From Candidatus Eiseniibacteriota bacterium (GTDB lineage: Bacteria; Eisenbacteria; RBG-16-71-46; CAIMUX01; VGJL01), in contig CAWBWI010000001.1 of assembly GCA_963792585.1 (NCBI GenBank), forward strand, positions 1,675,624-1,739,623: 64,000 nt of DNA, given 5' to 3'. Positions 49,120-59,752 of this stretch are shown piece after piece. Position numbers and translations under genes: made by a program. The first letter of the stretch is position 1. The number at the start of each line of letters is the position of its first letter. The notes below the pieces were generated by a model that saw only the letters and a list, made by a program, of their open reading frames with translations, ran no database searches and was not told the origin of the DNA.

Positions 49120-49578
49120 ATGCACGGAGTCGCGGGCACGCCCTTTGGATCTTCCATCTTCTGGTCGGGTGTTCTGGGCTGGACGGTGGCATCCATTCTC
49201 AAGATCATGGTCAACTGGCGCCGCACGGGGCGCGTTGACTTCCACTACCTGACCAGTTTGGGTGGGATGCCCAGCGCGCACTCGGCCATGGTCAGCGCCC
49301 TGGCGACCTCCGTGGGGCTGCGTGAGGGCTTCGGCAGCACGATCTTCATCGTCACCTTGGCGTTCTCCATGGTGATCATGTTCGACGCCTCCACGGTACG
49401 GCGCGCTGCGGGGCTGCAGGCCACGCTCTTGAACCAGATCGTGGACGTGGTCCTCAAGCAGCATCACTTGCCCACGGAGAAACTGAGGGAGATCCTCGGT
49501 CATACTCGGGTGGAGGTCTTCGCGGGCATGCTGGTGGGGGTCGGCGTCGGCATCGTAGTCGATCTGATGTTACGCTAG
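49120..49578 (+). CDS. Divergent PAP2-family (DUF212) membrane protein
   Basis: GGMPSAHSA, MFDASTVRRAAG.QA..LN, LREILGHT..EV..G. Confidence 0.9.
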   Translation: MHGVAGTPFGSSIFWSGVLGWTVASILKIMVNWRRTGRVDFHYLTSLGGMPSAHSAMVSALATSVGLREGFGSTIFIVTLAFSMVIMFDASTVRRAAGLQATLLNQIVDVVLKQHHLPTEKLREILGHTRVEVFAGMLVGVGVGIVVDLMLR

Positions 49579-49692
49579 CGCGCAGTTCAGTCGCATGACG
49601 CGGCGCTTGGGCGCCTTGAAAATCCGGGGTGCGCGGTCGTTCTCGGAGTTCCGCACCCCACCGGTTCCAAGATTGCTGAGGAGGTTGCGACG

Positions 49693-50403
49693 ATGAAGCA
49701 CGGAGTGCTGGTTTCTCGTCTATCCGTGGGGATCCTGGGCCTGGGCCTGCTTCTCGCAGGCTGCGGACCCAAGCCGAAGCCAAGGATGGGATTCTTCCTC
49801 GACATCCGCAAGAACACGCTCGAGCAGATCGACAAGGACGGGGTTCGCATCTCCGTGAAGCCAATCACGATGGAGAACTACACCTCCTTCCCCCGGACCT
49901 TCACGAACCTTGCGGCGGAAGGCCCAGGCGGATCCACGACGACTCCATGGACCGACGTCAACATCCCCGCCTTCGAGCTCACGGTCTTGAACAACACGAG
50001 TCATGTCCTGAAGTTGAGCAAAGCCGTCATCAAGTTGCAGGACGACCGCGGGATCATCTATGAACCGTCGACGAAGGCGGACCTCGACGCGATGGCGGAC
50101 GCCCGTGCGAAGGCGCTTGCCGGCGAACAGGTGAAGGTCGACATCCCCGCGGCCAAGGCGCGAATCCTGGCTCTCAAGCTCGTGGACCAGAATTTGGAAC
50201 TTCTCCCCGGGATCGCGGAGAAGGTCTACTCGACCTTCAACTACCCTGAGGAGCCATCGACATTCCTCGCGGGGAGGAGTTCCCTGAAGTTGATGCTCTA
50301 CGAAATCCCCGTGCTTACGGATGAAGCCGGCGAGGTGACGAGAACGACCAACTTCGAGTTCACATACGACATCCACACGCGGGCGGTTGGGGCAACCAAG
50401 TAG
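49693..50403 (+). CDS. Hypothetical lipoprotein
   Basis: GAGGAGG RBS; lipobox LLAGC. Confidence 0.75.
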   Translation: MKHGVLVSRLSVGILGLGLLLAGCGPKPKPRMGFFLDIRKNTLEQIDKDGVRISVKPITMENYTSFPRTFTNLAAEGPGGSTTTPWTDVNIPAFELTVLNNTSHVLKLSKAVIKLQDDRGIIYEPSTKADLDAMADARAKALAGEQVKVDIPAAKARILALKLVDQNLELLPGIAEKVYSTFNYPEEPSTFLAGRSSLKLMLYEIPVLTDEAGEVTRTTNFEFTYDIHTRAVGATK

Positions 50404-50457
50404 CCTCGAATCAACGCGGCACGGCTCCGCACGGTCCGTCGCAGGTCCGGAACTTCA

Positions 50458-52686
50458 TCACCTCGGCAGGATCACCTTCACGGCGTGCGTCTCGCCGCCC
50501 ATCGCGAGACGGATGAAGTACAGGCCCGGCGGCGCGGCCCGGCCGTCTCCCGTCGAGCCGTTCCACACGACCGTCCGCGGAGGCGCGGAGGCGTCGATCG
50601 GACGCGCCGCCCCACTGTCGAGGCTGGCCACCCGTCGCCCGAGCACATCGAAGACGCCGAGGTCGAACGAACTGTCGCGCGCCGGACGCAGATCAATCTC
50701 GAAACGATCCCCCACGATCGGACGGACGCGCAGGACCGCTGTAGCCGCGGCGCCGCGGGAGGGCGGAAAGCCGTCGACGGAAGCCGGATCGATGCGCGTC
50801 GCCTTCATGATGCAGTTGGCGCCGCCACCGACCCAGAAGCCGTCCTCCACGGCGGTGATGCAGGATCCCCCGATCGCGGCCGGAAGCGTGAGATCCTCCC
50901 ACGTCGCGCCGCCGTCCTCGGTGATGACGATCGAGCCGTCGACGTAGAAGCTGCCTGTCGTCACTCCCCCATGGATGTTGTCGGGAGCGAAGGAGAGGTC
51001 GGTCGCGGTGCCGGCCCATACTCTGCTCCAGATCCCGCCGCCGTTCGTGGTGCGGTAGATCCCGGTCGATCCCGTGGGGATTGTTACGAACCCGGTCTGC
51101 GTGTCGCGCCAGTGCATGTCCAGCATGTAGCTCGTGAGTCCCGTCGTGCCGGCAGGAGCCCAGGACGCTCCGCCATCGGTCGTCTTGTACAGGATCGGCA
51201 AGCCGTTCGCGTACCCCCCAACGAAGCCCGTGCCGGGGTCCGGGAACGAGATCGCCAGAAGACCGCTCGTTGCGGGAAGGCCGACGCTACGGGGCTCCCA
51301 CGTCGCGCCGTAGTCCGTCGTCCGGTAGACCTTCGACTGCGTCTGACCGAAGACAGCGGCGAATGCGGTTCCTGAGGACGGAGTGGAGATGTGAAAGGCC
51401 TGGCCGTTGACCGGTGGATTCGGAAGGTCGACGGACGTCCAGGTCGTTCCGCCGTCGGTCGTGCGCCACATCCGTCCGTAGTCACCGGCCGCGACGGCGC
51501 GCGCCGCATCCCAATAGACGATCTCGCGCGTGAAGCTGATCGCGGGTCCGCCCGGCTGCGGCTCCCAGGTCGATCCTCCGTCCGGCGTGTGGAGCCAGAA
51601 GGTGGGCGGAGACCCGGCCGTCCCGGCTGCGCCGGATCCACCGGGGCCGATCCCGATCGCGCCGATGATCCCACGGGGATGATCGAACGCGGCGTAGGTC
51701 GTGTTCGTCCACGACTGGCCGTTGTCGGTCGAGCGGTAGAGGTCTCCTTCGCTCGAGGGGAGGATCAAGGTCCCGTCATCGAGACGGTCGAGGTCGAGGA
51801 AACCGCCCAACCCGCTATTGAGACGGTTCGTCCAGTTGTCGCCGCCGTCGGTCGTCTCCCACACCGTCGCGCCCTCGAGGTTCGTGCAGACCAGGTAATG
51901 GAGAGGACCAAAGACGATCGCATTGCCCATGTAGGTTATCGGATTGACCATCGCGCCCGTCCAACTCGCCCCGGCATTCGTGGTCTTCCAGATGTGGAAA
52001 TCGCTCAGGATCGTACCGTGGCTCGCGTCCGTGAAGAATCCTTCGCTGAACGCCTCCGATTCGGACACGCCATTCAAGGGCGCCCATGTCTGGCCGCCGT
52101 CCGTAGTCCGGCGGGCGAGAAAGGTCCCGAGGACGTAGCCGTTCGAGGGGTCGAGCCAGACCTGCTCGTGCAGGTCGTTCGGTCCCGCCGAGGAGAGCAG
52201 GGCCCAGCTGGCTCCGGCGTCGGTCGATCGAAGAACCTGACCGTTGTTTCCCACCGCGGAGAGAATGGATCCGGTCACAACCTCGAGATCGGTCAGGGTC
52301 GTTGTCGAAGGATTCGCAACCGGTGACCAGGAAACCCCGGCATCGGTCGATTCGAATATCCCCGGGGCGGAGCCGACCGCGAGCAGGTGCCCGGGGCCAC
52401 GCACGAGGATATCTTCGAGATCCGCGGCGAAGTCCGGGAAGAGATCGCGTTGCGTCCACGTGACCCCGGCGTCCGTCGTGAAGAGAACCGTGCCCCGCGG
52501 GCCGACGGCATATCCGGTCGTGGCATCCTCAAAATCCGTTCCGCCAAGCGCGTTCCCCTGAGGCGTGGGAAGCCTCCACGAGAACTCGTACTCGTCGGCT
52601 CGGGCCGGGTTTGACGGGGCGAGCCCGAAGGTGATTGCCAAGAGAAGGGCCGCGGGGAACATACTCGGGGCAGTGCGACGCATCAT
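50458..52686 (-). CDS. Secreted YCF48/BNR (Asp-box) repeat beta-propeller with C-terminal FlgD-Ig domain
   Basis: More than 12 T.DGG.TW / S.D.G.SW Asp-boxes; PTPQGN; VFDVLGRRVASL..WNG..GLYFIRL. Confidence 0.88.
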   Translation of the reverse strand: MMRRTAPSMFPAALLLAITFGLAPSNPARADEYEFSWRLPTPQGNALGGTDFEDATTGYAVGPRGTVLFTTDAGVTWTQRDLFPDFAADLEDILVRGPGHLLAVGSAPGIFESTDAGVSWSPVANPSTTTLTDLEVVTGSILSAVGNNGQVLRSTDAGASWALLSSAGPNDLHEQVWLDPSNGYVLGTFLARRTTDGGQTWAPLNGVSESEAFSEGFFTDASHGTILSDFHIWKTTNAGASWTGAMVNPITYMGNAIVFGPLHYLVCTNLEGATVWETTDGGDNWTNRLNSGLGGFLDLDRLDDGTLILPSSEGDLYRSTDNGQSWTNTTYAAFDHPRGIIGAIGIGPGGSGAAGTAGSPPTFWLHTPDGGSTWEPQPGGPAISFTREIVYWDAARAVAAGDYGRMWRTTDGGTTWTSVDLPNPPVNGQAFHISTPSSGTAFAAVFGQTQSKVYRTTDYGATWEPRSVGLPATSGLLAISFPDPGTGFVGGYANGLPILYKTTDGGASWAPAGTTGLTSYMLDMHWRDTQTGFVTIPTGSTGIYRTTNGGGIWSRVWAGTATDLSFAPDNIHGGVTTGSFYVDGSIVITEDGGATWEDLTLPAAIGGSCITAVEDGFWVGGGANCIMKATRIDPASVDGFPPSRGAAATAVLRVRPIVGDRFEIDLRPARDSSFDLGVFDVLGRRVASLDSGAARPIDASAPPRTVVWNGSTGDGRAAPPGLYFIRLAMGGETHAVKVILPR

Positions 52687-52767
52687 CGTTCGGAGACTCC
52701 TGTACGGCCAGCAAGTCCATGGTTTCAGAGGAATCGGGAGCTTCTAAGGCTCGATTGTCGACCGGTG

Positions 52768-52797
52768 ATCGTACGAAGTGCGGGCATTCCTCGTCAA
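52768..52797 (-). promoter_or_regulatory. sigma70-like promoter
   Basis: Minus-strand TTGACG-18-TACGAT upstream of 52686. Confidence 0.45.
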
Positions 52798-52899
52798 GGC
52801 TGCGCCTATGGATCGGCCGATCTCGGGGTCAGGACCCAATTCGGGGAGACAGCACCCCGTCCCCGGGTTTCGGCCGGCGGATTCAGGCGGCGTGTCGGC

Positions 52900-53586
52900 T
52901 CAAGTTCCACTCGACGGCGCATCCGGGGGCACAGACGGCGGCGTCCCCTCCCCGTTCAGTTCGCGCCAGAGCCATGCGCGCGCAAAGGTCCAGTCTCGCA
53001 AGATCGTGCGGGAGGAGACGCAGAGAACCTCCGCCGTCTCCTCGATCGTGAGCCCGGCGAAGTAGAGCATCTCGACGACGCGAACCTTCCGCGCGCCCTC
53101 CGTCGCGAGCCGCTCGAGGGCGCGGTGCAGATCGAGCAGATCGACGGGCGAATCCACGTTCCCGAGGAGGCTCTCACTCAGGGTGACCCGCTGATCACCG
53201 CCTCCGCGCTTTGCCGCCCGTCGCGCCCGCGCCGAATCGATGATCACTCGCCGCATCACCGTGGCTGCGACCGCGACCAGATGGCCCTGTCCGTGAGGGG
53301 TGAAGCGGCTTTCGCGGGAGAGACGCAGATATGTCTCATGAACCAGCGCGGTGGGCCGCAGCGTTTCGGCCGCAGCCTCGCCGCGTAGGATGCAGGACGC
53401 GAGCGCGCGCATCTCCTGGTAGACGGTGGGAAGGAATTCATCCAAAGAGCGGGAATGATCGAGCGTCGCTCGCCCGACAATCTCTTCAACGAATCCCTCG
53501 ACGACCTCGACATCGGGATCCCGTGAAGAACGCGGATCGTCCGCGCGCCGCCGGCTCGGGCGCTCGGACTCTTCACCTCGGCTCAC
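52900..53586 (-). CDS. ECF sigma factor, TIGR02999/ECF43-like (kinase-associated)
   Basis: LPTVYQEMRALA, TLRPTALVHETYLRL, AATVMRRVIIDSAR.R.AAKRGG, VVEMLYFAGLTIEETAEVL.VS.RT..RDW.FARAWL; start uncertain. Confidence 0.9.
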   Translation of the reverse strand: MSRGEESERPSRRRADDPRSSRDPDVEVVEGFVEEIVGRATLDHSRSLDEFLPTVYQEMRALASCILRGEAAAETLRPTALVHETYLRLSRESRFTPHGQGHLVAVAATVMRRVIIDSARARRAAKRGGGDQRVTLSESLLGNVDSPVDLLDLHRALERLATEGARKVRVVEMLYFAGLTIEETAEVLCVSSRTILRDWTFARAWLWRELNGEGTPPSVPPDAPSSGT

Positions 53587-53614
53587 GGCCTCTCCCTCCC
53601 TCCGCAATCCGGCC

Positions 53615-56600
53615 TTACGATGACCCCGGATCGACGAGCGTGATCAGGTCGTACAGGTCCTCGCCCGGCGTGACGCGGGCCTCGCGCGACAGCTCTTCTT
53701 CGCCAAGCTTCTCACGCAGGTCTTGATTCCACTGCGCGAGCATGGCGAGCGTTTCGGGCCGGAACGTAATCTCGCCCGCCTCCCGGAGTCGCTCAACCGG
53801 GGAGAGGATCCGGGCGGCCTGGACATACCGCCCCTCCTGATGCGCGAGCCGGATGCACGTTGCGAGAGCGGAAGCGAAGGCGGCCCGGTCTCCGACCCGC
53901 TTGAGTAGGCGAAGAGTCTGGATCAGGTGGGCTCGGGCCCGATCGAATCGCCCATCGGAGATATCGACGTCGGCGAGCATCTGGCGTGTCCGCGCTTCTC
54001 CATGGATATCGCCATCCGACTCGTGGATGGCGAGCGCCGTCTGCAGAAACTCGTGCGCCCTCTCTCTTTCGCCGAGGACAATGGAGGTGTATCCGAGGTT
54101 CGTGAGAGCTTTCGCCTCGGCGAGCCGATCTCCCAACTCCCTGGAAATTGCGAGGTACCGCTCGCAATGGGTGCGGGCGGTCTGGTAGTCGTTGCGCGCC
54201 CCGGCGACGACGCCCAGGTTCCCGACACAGACGGCCGCGCCGCCCCGATCCCCCGCCTCCTCGAAATAGCGTTTGCTCTCGAGCAGGAGCGCCTCCGAGG
54301 AGGCCGGATCACCCCGATGCAATGCTTCGACCGCGGCCGTCTCGTGCGCGAGCGCGAGCGGTCCAGGTTCTCCCAGCGAGCGGGCGAGCGCGAGCGATTC
54401 CTCGATGACCGGCGCCGCGAGATCCATCTGGTTGAGGAGAACGTGGAGGAGCCCGGCCTGCGCCAGAACGCCAACCTCCGCATGACGATCCTCATCGCCC
54501 CAGGATGGATGAGGGACTTCCGCGCGGGCGGCCAGCAGCCGGTCGAGCCACCCGAGCCCCTCGATCCAGAGTCCCTTCTGCAGCCAGTAGTACGCCAGCC
54601 GGTCGGCGAGAGCGAAGGCCGCGTCGAGCCTGTCGCGGGAGAGGGCGAGATCGATCCCGTTGAGGAGATTCGGATAGTCCGGCTCGATCCTCCGGACCCA
54701 CGCGGAGCGGAGCACTAACCTCTCCGGATCGCGCAACGCCGCCGTCGCCCGCAGGCGCTCGAGGTAGCGGGACTCGACCTCCGCGCGTTCCCCCGGCTCT
54801 TCGTCGAGGCGCTCGGAAGAGAAGGCGCGGATCGTCTCGAGCATCCGGTACCGAGCCGCGGGAGCGGCGTCGCGAGAGCGCCCGGTGAGCTCCGGCTCGA
54901 CCAGCGATCGTTCGACCAGGCGGGCCAGGAGGTCGCACACCCTCCACCTTTCGATCCCGCCCCACCCACCGCAGACATCCTCGGCGTCGGCGAGCGTACT
55001 GCCTCCGCGAAAGACCGAGAGGCGGCGCAGCAGCACCCTCTCCTCGCGCTGTAGCAGACGGTCGCTCCACGACAGCAACTCGTGCAGGGATCGATGGCGC
55101 GGCGGGGCGGTCGAGAGCTCTCCCGGGAGCGACCGTCCCTCCTCGATGCGGGCAAGGATCTCCTCCAGCGGAAGGGAACGCACCGGGGCCGCGGCCAGCT
55201 CGATCGCGAGTGCAAGCCCATCCAGGCGACGACATATCCGGACGACCGTTTCGAGATCCTCATCGTTCGGGGAGAAGCGCGGGTCGCGCGAGCGGGCACG
55301 ACCGAGAAAGAGCTGGACCGCCTCGCACTCGGCGGCGGGCCCGATCTCCTGCGATTCCGCCGGGATTCCGAGCGGAGGCACCGGGACGATCTGTTCTCCC
55401 GCGATCGCGAGGGGCTGTCGGCTCGTTGCGAGGATCGACACGGCAGGGGCGAGCGTCAGAACCTGCTCCGCGAGGCGTGCGACCGCCTCAACGAGATGCT
55501 CGCAGTTGTCGAGCACGAGCAACGCCGGCTCCCGGTGACAGGCCGCTGCGATGCTCCGTACGAGTCGGTCCGCTTCCCCGTCCAAGCGGATCTCGCGGAT
55601 CCCTAGCGCCCGCGCCACAGCGGCCGGGGCCTCCGCACCATCTGTGAGGGCGGCGAGATCGACGAACCAGACCCCACCGGGATACATCGATTCGCGCATC
55701 GACGCCGCCTCGAGAGAAACTCTCGTCTTGCCGACCCCTCCCGGCCCGATCAAGGTCACAAGCCGACACGCGGCCAGCGCCTCGGCGAGGGTGTCGAGAA
55801 GCGCTCCTCTGCCCACGAAGGATGACAGTGGCAAGGGTAGGTAGCCGCGCTTCCCTCCCACTTCAGCAGCCCGCTCCGCCTCTCGCTCCAACCTTTGGTG
55901 GCGACTCCCGGTGCGCGAAGAAAGAAGCCCCATCGCCCGGGCACGCAGCAACTCCTCTTCGAGCACCTGGCGGGCAAGGACGGCGCTCGGCCTCCGCGAG
56001 GGCTCGGGCTGCAGGCAGTCTCTCAGGAGGTCGCGCAGCGGTTTCGAGATCGTCTCGGGGAGTTGATCGGCCGCCGTCTCTCCCCGGCGATTCGCCTCCA
56101 AGATCTCCCCGAGACTCGTGCCCCGAATTGCCGGCGCCCCGAGGAGACACTCGTGGAGCACGCAGCCGAACGCCCATAGGTCGGAGGCGGGGGCGAGCTC
56201 CTCTCCCCTGCACTGCTCGGGACTCATGTACCCCGGAGTGCCCCCAACGCGCCGGCGTCCGGACGCAGGGTCAGCCGAATCGCCGGTGAGCGTGGCCAGA
56301 CCGAAGTCGAGAACCTTGACCCAACCCTGCGGTGTGATCCGGATATTCTGCGGCTTCAGGTCACGGTGGATGACGGAGCAGGTGTGCGCCGCCTCGATCG
56401 CCGCGGCGATTTGGCGCCCCATGTCCAGACCAAGCTCCGGAGCAAGGGGGCCTTCCTTCAGACGGTGAGCGAGCGTCATCCCGGGCACATACTCCATGGT
56501 GAGGAACGCGACCACCCCCCCATCTTCGGAGGGGTCCTCCTCGATCGAGTGGACCTGGGCTACGTTCGGATGGAGCACGCTCGCAAGAAGACGCGCTTCC

Positions 56601-56944
56601 TCGCGTAGCCGGGCCCTTTCCTCCTCCGCGCGCGGGAGGGGAACGAGGGTCTTGATCGCAATCAGGCGATCGAGGTCCGGGTCCCGCGCGAGATAGACGA
56701 TTCCCGCTCCGCCTCGATCGATCTCCTCCACGATCTCGTACTTGCCGAAGCGCGCGGGGGGGGACGGCCGCGCCCGTTCCGGCGGTGCGAGGAACCGAGG
56801 CGCGGAGAGAAAAGCGCGCAGAAGACTCTCGAGCTCGTCACGAAGCGCTGGATCGCTTGCGCCGAGCGCCTCGAGTCTCGCTCGCCGTTCATAGGGAGGA
56901 AGCTCGGTCAGCTCGTGGAAGATCTCATCCATGTCGTCCGACAT
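53615..56944 (-). CDS. Ser/Thr kinase - NB-ARC-like ATPase - TPR protein
   Basis: N-terminal EIFHE..ELPP.ER..L..D..LR.ELESLL segment typical of ECF-linked kinases; HRDLKPQN, DFG, YMSPE; GPGGVGKT, LLVLDNCEH, LDGLALAIELAAA; TPRs. Confidence 0.92.
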   Translation of the reverse strand: MSDDMDEIFHELTELPPYERRARLEALGASDPALRDELESLLRAFLSAPRFLAPPERARPSPPARFGKYEIVEEIDRGGAGIVYLARDPDLDRLIAIKTLVPLPRAEEERARLREEARLLASVLHPNVAQVHSIEEDPSEDGGVVAFLTMEYVPGMTLAHRLKEGPLAPELGLDMGRQIAAAIEAAHTCSVIHRDLKPQNIRITPQGWVKVLDFGLATLTGDSADPASGRRRVGGTPGYMSPEQCRGEELAPASDLWAFGCVLHECLLGAPAIRGTSLGEILEANRRGETAADQLPETISKPLRDLLRDCLQPEPSRRPSAVLARQVLEEELLRARAMGLLSSRTGSRHQRLEREAERAAEVGGKRGYLPLPLSSFVGRGALLDTLAEALAACRLVTLIGPGGVGKTRVSLEAASMRESMYPGGVWFVDLAALTDGAEAPAAVARALGIREIRLDGEADRLVRSIAAACHREPALLVLDNCEHLVEAVARLAEQVLTLAPAVSILATSRQPLAIAGEQIVPVPPLGIPAESQEIGPAAECEAVQLFLGRARSRDPRFSPNDEDLETVVRICRRLDGLALAIELAAAPVRSLPLEEILARIEEGRSLPGELSTAPPRHRSLHELLSWSDRLLQREERVLLRRLSVFRGGSTLADAEDVCGGWGGIERWRVCDLLARLVERSLVEPELTGRSRDAAPAARYRMLETIRAFSSERLDEEPGERAEVESRYLERLRATAALRDPERLVLRSAWVRRIEPDYPNLLNGIDLALSRDRLDAAFALADRLAYYWLQKGLWIEGLGWLDRLLAARAEVPHPSWGDEDRHAEVGVLAQAGLLHVLLNQMDLAAPVIEESLALARSLGEPGPLALAHETAAVEALHRGDPASSEALLLESKRYFEEAGDRGGAAVCVGNLGVVAGARNDYQTARTHCERYLAISRELGDRLAEAKALTNLGYTSIVLGERERAHEFLQTALAIHESDGDIHGEARTRQMLADVDISDGRFDRARAHLIQTLRLLKRVGDRAAFASALATCIRLAHQEGRYVQAARILSPVERLREAGEITFRPETLAMLAQWNQDLREKLGEEELSREARVTPGEDLYDLITLVDPGSS

Positions 56945-57196
56945 ACGGCAATGGTAGAGCATCGACTTCGGGCGGCGCGCAAGAACGAGAGTCTCGCGCT
57001 GCATGGAGCAGACTGTCCGCCGGTCGACCTGCGCATTTCCACGCCTGTGGCCGATGCTTGTGACATTGTGAACTTCCTCTCGATCAGACGGCGCCGGCCT
57101 CCGATTCGTCCATGCTTCGGCGGGCCGGCGCATTCTCCGGCGGTGAGGAAGCGCCCGCAACGGCGGGACCGAGGGACCATCTCGAAGCCTGGATGC

Positions 57197-59401
57197 TCAG
57201 TTCAACCGGACGATCGCGCGCTTCGCGAGCTCCCGCCCGACCCGGATGCGACAGAAATAGGTCCCGGCCGCGACAGACCTTCCCGCGTCGTCGTGTCCGT
57301 CCCACTCCACGTTGCGCTCCCCCGCACCCTGACGCTCCGCAACCAGCGTCCGTAGGCGCCGGCCGGCCACGTCGAAGATCTCCATCCGCACGAGCGCGTC
57401 GCGATCGACGGTATAGTGGATGGTGGTCGACTGGCGGAACGGGTTCGGGTGGTTGCCCAAAAGCGTTCCGTTACCGCGGACCGTCGCGGCGGCCTCATCG
57501 AGGCCCGCCGGCGTGACGATCGAGAAAACGATCCGCACCCGATCTGGATCGCGATAGACCGTGATCTCCTCCACGCGGACCGACCCGTCCGCATCGACGA
57601 CGGTCACCCCTGTTTGCAGCATATCCCCATCGCTCACGCGCACGACGCTCCAGTCCACCAGGCTTTCGGGGGCGGGAAGGAAACGCTGCGGTTTGCGGAT
57701 CACGAAGCCCGCGGTGACGCTCGCCTGCGGGCAGGAGTCGATAGGAGAGCCTCCACCGCCGATCAAGTAGGCGGTGACGCCCCAGCGGGTCGCGGTGTCG
57801 ACGATCGTCGAGCGCTCCCAATCGTGATATCCGCCCCAAGTCCCCCATGGATCACCTGTGGCCGGATCGCCATCGCCCGGGTCGGCGCTTTCGGACCGGC
57901 CCTGAAAGTCCGAGAACGCGGGAAAGGATTGATCCGATCGGTACAGCATCTGCGTGGCGGCGTCGTCGCGTCGCGTCTGCTGGTTCGCGGCGATCCCGTG
58001 CGACCAATGGCCGTTCCATTGCTCGAGGCCATGCCCGCGCTCGTCCCAGTAGAGGTGGATCCCCCAGCCCTGGGCGTCCGCTTCCCTGTAATTCGCGACG
58101 ACGAGCGAGTCCCATCGCATCGTTCCGTTCAAGTCATCCTTACCGCTGAAGACGCGGGTGAACGGCAGGTCTCGCTCCGGAGAGACATTTGTCGTCATGT
58201 CCCAGAGGTCCGCCATTCGCACGATCCCGCCATCGCGATTGATGAGGTTCGTCGGCAAGTTCATCGCGGCGTCGCCGAACATGGGATGGGGGAATTCGGG
58301 TCCGCCGAACCCGTTGTTGAAGATGCAGACGCTCGCGAAGGCGTTCGGGTAGGCCTTCGCGATCTGGTTCGTGCCCGAGGACCCCATGCTGTGTCCCATG
58401 ACGGACACCCGATGGCGGTCCACATCCAGACGCCGGATCATCCACTCATTGATCCAGAGCAAGCGTCGCTGCGTATAGTTGATCACCGTGTCCCCCGGCG
58501 CGGGATCGGCCGGCGGCGCAAATGGGTCGTAGTTCTTCCGCCATCCAAAGAACCAGGTGTTCTGATTTGTTTGCGGCTGACCATCGATGTTGCGGACGAG
58601 GCGGTCGTCGTGCGCCACGAGGTACCCCTCGGTGATCCTGAGGTCGATCTCGCGGCGATCTCCGGGAAAGGACTGCTTGGCGCTACCGTCCCCGCCATGG
58701 AGGAACCAGACGGCCGGGAGCAGCCCGCCTCCTGCGCCGCCGACCGGCTCGCTGACGATGAAGACGTGAGGGGCGCCGTTCTTGTGGAGGTTCGCCATCA
58801 CGGGAAAGTCGGGTCGGCCGGAGCCTTCGTCATCGCGTCCGTCGACCCACACGCAGTAGATCGTGTACGGGTTGCCCGCCGGAGTGATACCGCTGACCTG
58901 CGCATGGCACTCCACATGATCCGCCGGATCGTAGGCGGCGGTAACAGGAGTGGCGGTGACGCTGTTCGTCACGTCCGTCTCGCCCCATGGGGCGACCGCA
59001 TAGTACTTCGACCCCGAGGCGTGCAGGGTCTCGACGAAGAGCCCCTCGTCATCGGCAAGGGTGTACGTGCCCAGGCCGGTACTGTCGGGGATCGTGTAGG
59101 TTTGGTCCGGGTCGCTTGCGTTGAGTTTCAGCCGCCCTCCCGTCCATTCCGCTTCGAACAGCCGGCCGATCATCGTCGCATCGGCCGTGTTGGTGAAGGG
59201 CGCCGGACCGGTGTAGATCGCATATGTCTCGGGAGCCGGGGCGGCGCCTTTCCAGATGATCCAAACCTGCCCATCGGCGTACCAGGCTCGGACATCGGAA
59301 GCGCCCGCGGCCCGCGCTTGGGGCGTCAGCGACCAGAGGGGAGCCGATAGCAACGCCGCCAGGACGAAGGGCCCGTGGATTCTCGACGTTTTCGTGTACA
59401 T
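57197..59401 (-). CDS. Secreted alpha/beta-hydrolase-fold protein with C-terminal FlgD-Ig domain
   Basis: FLHGG, nucleophile elbow GHSMG, GKDD, HG; NHPNPF..IFDVAGRRLRTL..WDGHDDAG..GTYFCRI; GGAGG RBS before ATG 59401. Confidence 0.8.
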   Translation of the reverse strand: MYTKTSRIHGPFVLAALLSAPLWSLTPQARAAGASDVRAWYADGQVWIIWKGAAPAPETYAIYTGPAPFTNTADATMIGRLFEAEWTGGRLKLNASDPDQTYTIPDSTGLGTYTLADDEGLFVETLHASGSKYYAVAPWGETDVTNSVTATPVTAAYDPADHVECHAQVSGITPAGNPYTIYCVWVDGRDDEGSGRPDFPVMANLHKNGAPHVFIVSEPVGGAGGGLLPAVWFLHGGDGSAKQSFPGDRREIDLRITEGYLVAHDDRLVRNIDGQPQTNQNTWFFGWRKNYDPFAPPADPAPGDTVINYTQRRLLWINEWMIRRLDVDRHRVSVMGHSMGSSGTNQIAKAYPNAFASVCIFNNGFGGPEFPHPMFGDAAMNLPTNLINRDGGIVRMADLWDMTTNVSPERDLPFTRVFSGKDDLNGTMRWDSLVVANYREADAQGWGIHLYWDERGHGLEQWNGHWSHGIAANQQTRRDDAATQMLYRSDQSFPAFSDFQGRSESADPGDGDPATGDPWGTWGGYHDWERSTIVDTATRWGVTAYLIGGGGSPIDSCPQASVTAGFVIRKPQRFLPAPESLVDWSVVRVSDGDMLQTGVTVVDADGSVRVEEITVYRDPDRVRIVFSIVTPAGLDEAAATVRGNGTLLGNHPNPFRQSTTIHYTVDRDALVRMEIFDVAGRRLRTLVAERQGAGERNVEWDGHDDAGRSVAAGTYFCRIRVGRELAKRAIVRLN

Positions 59402-59752
59402 GGAAGTCCTCCCGTGCGGACCTCCGCCTTGATCCCCTGACCGCCAAGGGTCGGGCGGGCAAGTCCCCACTTGGGTAACGCGAGGACGGCCGTCGAAAAC
59501 AGACACACGCAATTGCGACTCGGGACGATTTCCTTCCTGAGATGGGCCACCGCGCTCGGCGGCCGCCCCCCCCGTGGGTTGTCCCCTCCATGGACCCATC
59601 TCGTTGCGGCCCCGATCGCATGCAGCATGACGGTGATACGCAAATCCTCTATGATGCGACGTATCAGGAATCAAGCGCTGCATCGTCGTCCCGGCCACAG
59701 GGATCCGTTCGTCCGTGGCGGGTCCCGCCTGCCGGCGGGAAGGAGGGAACCC

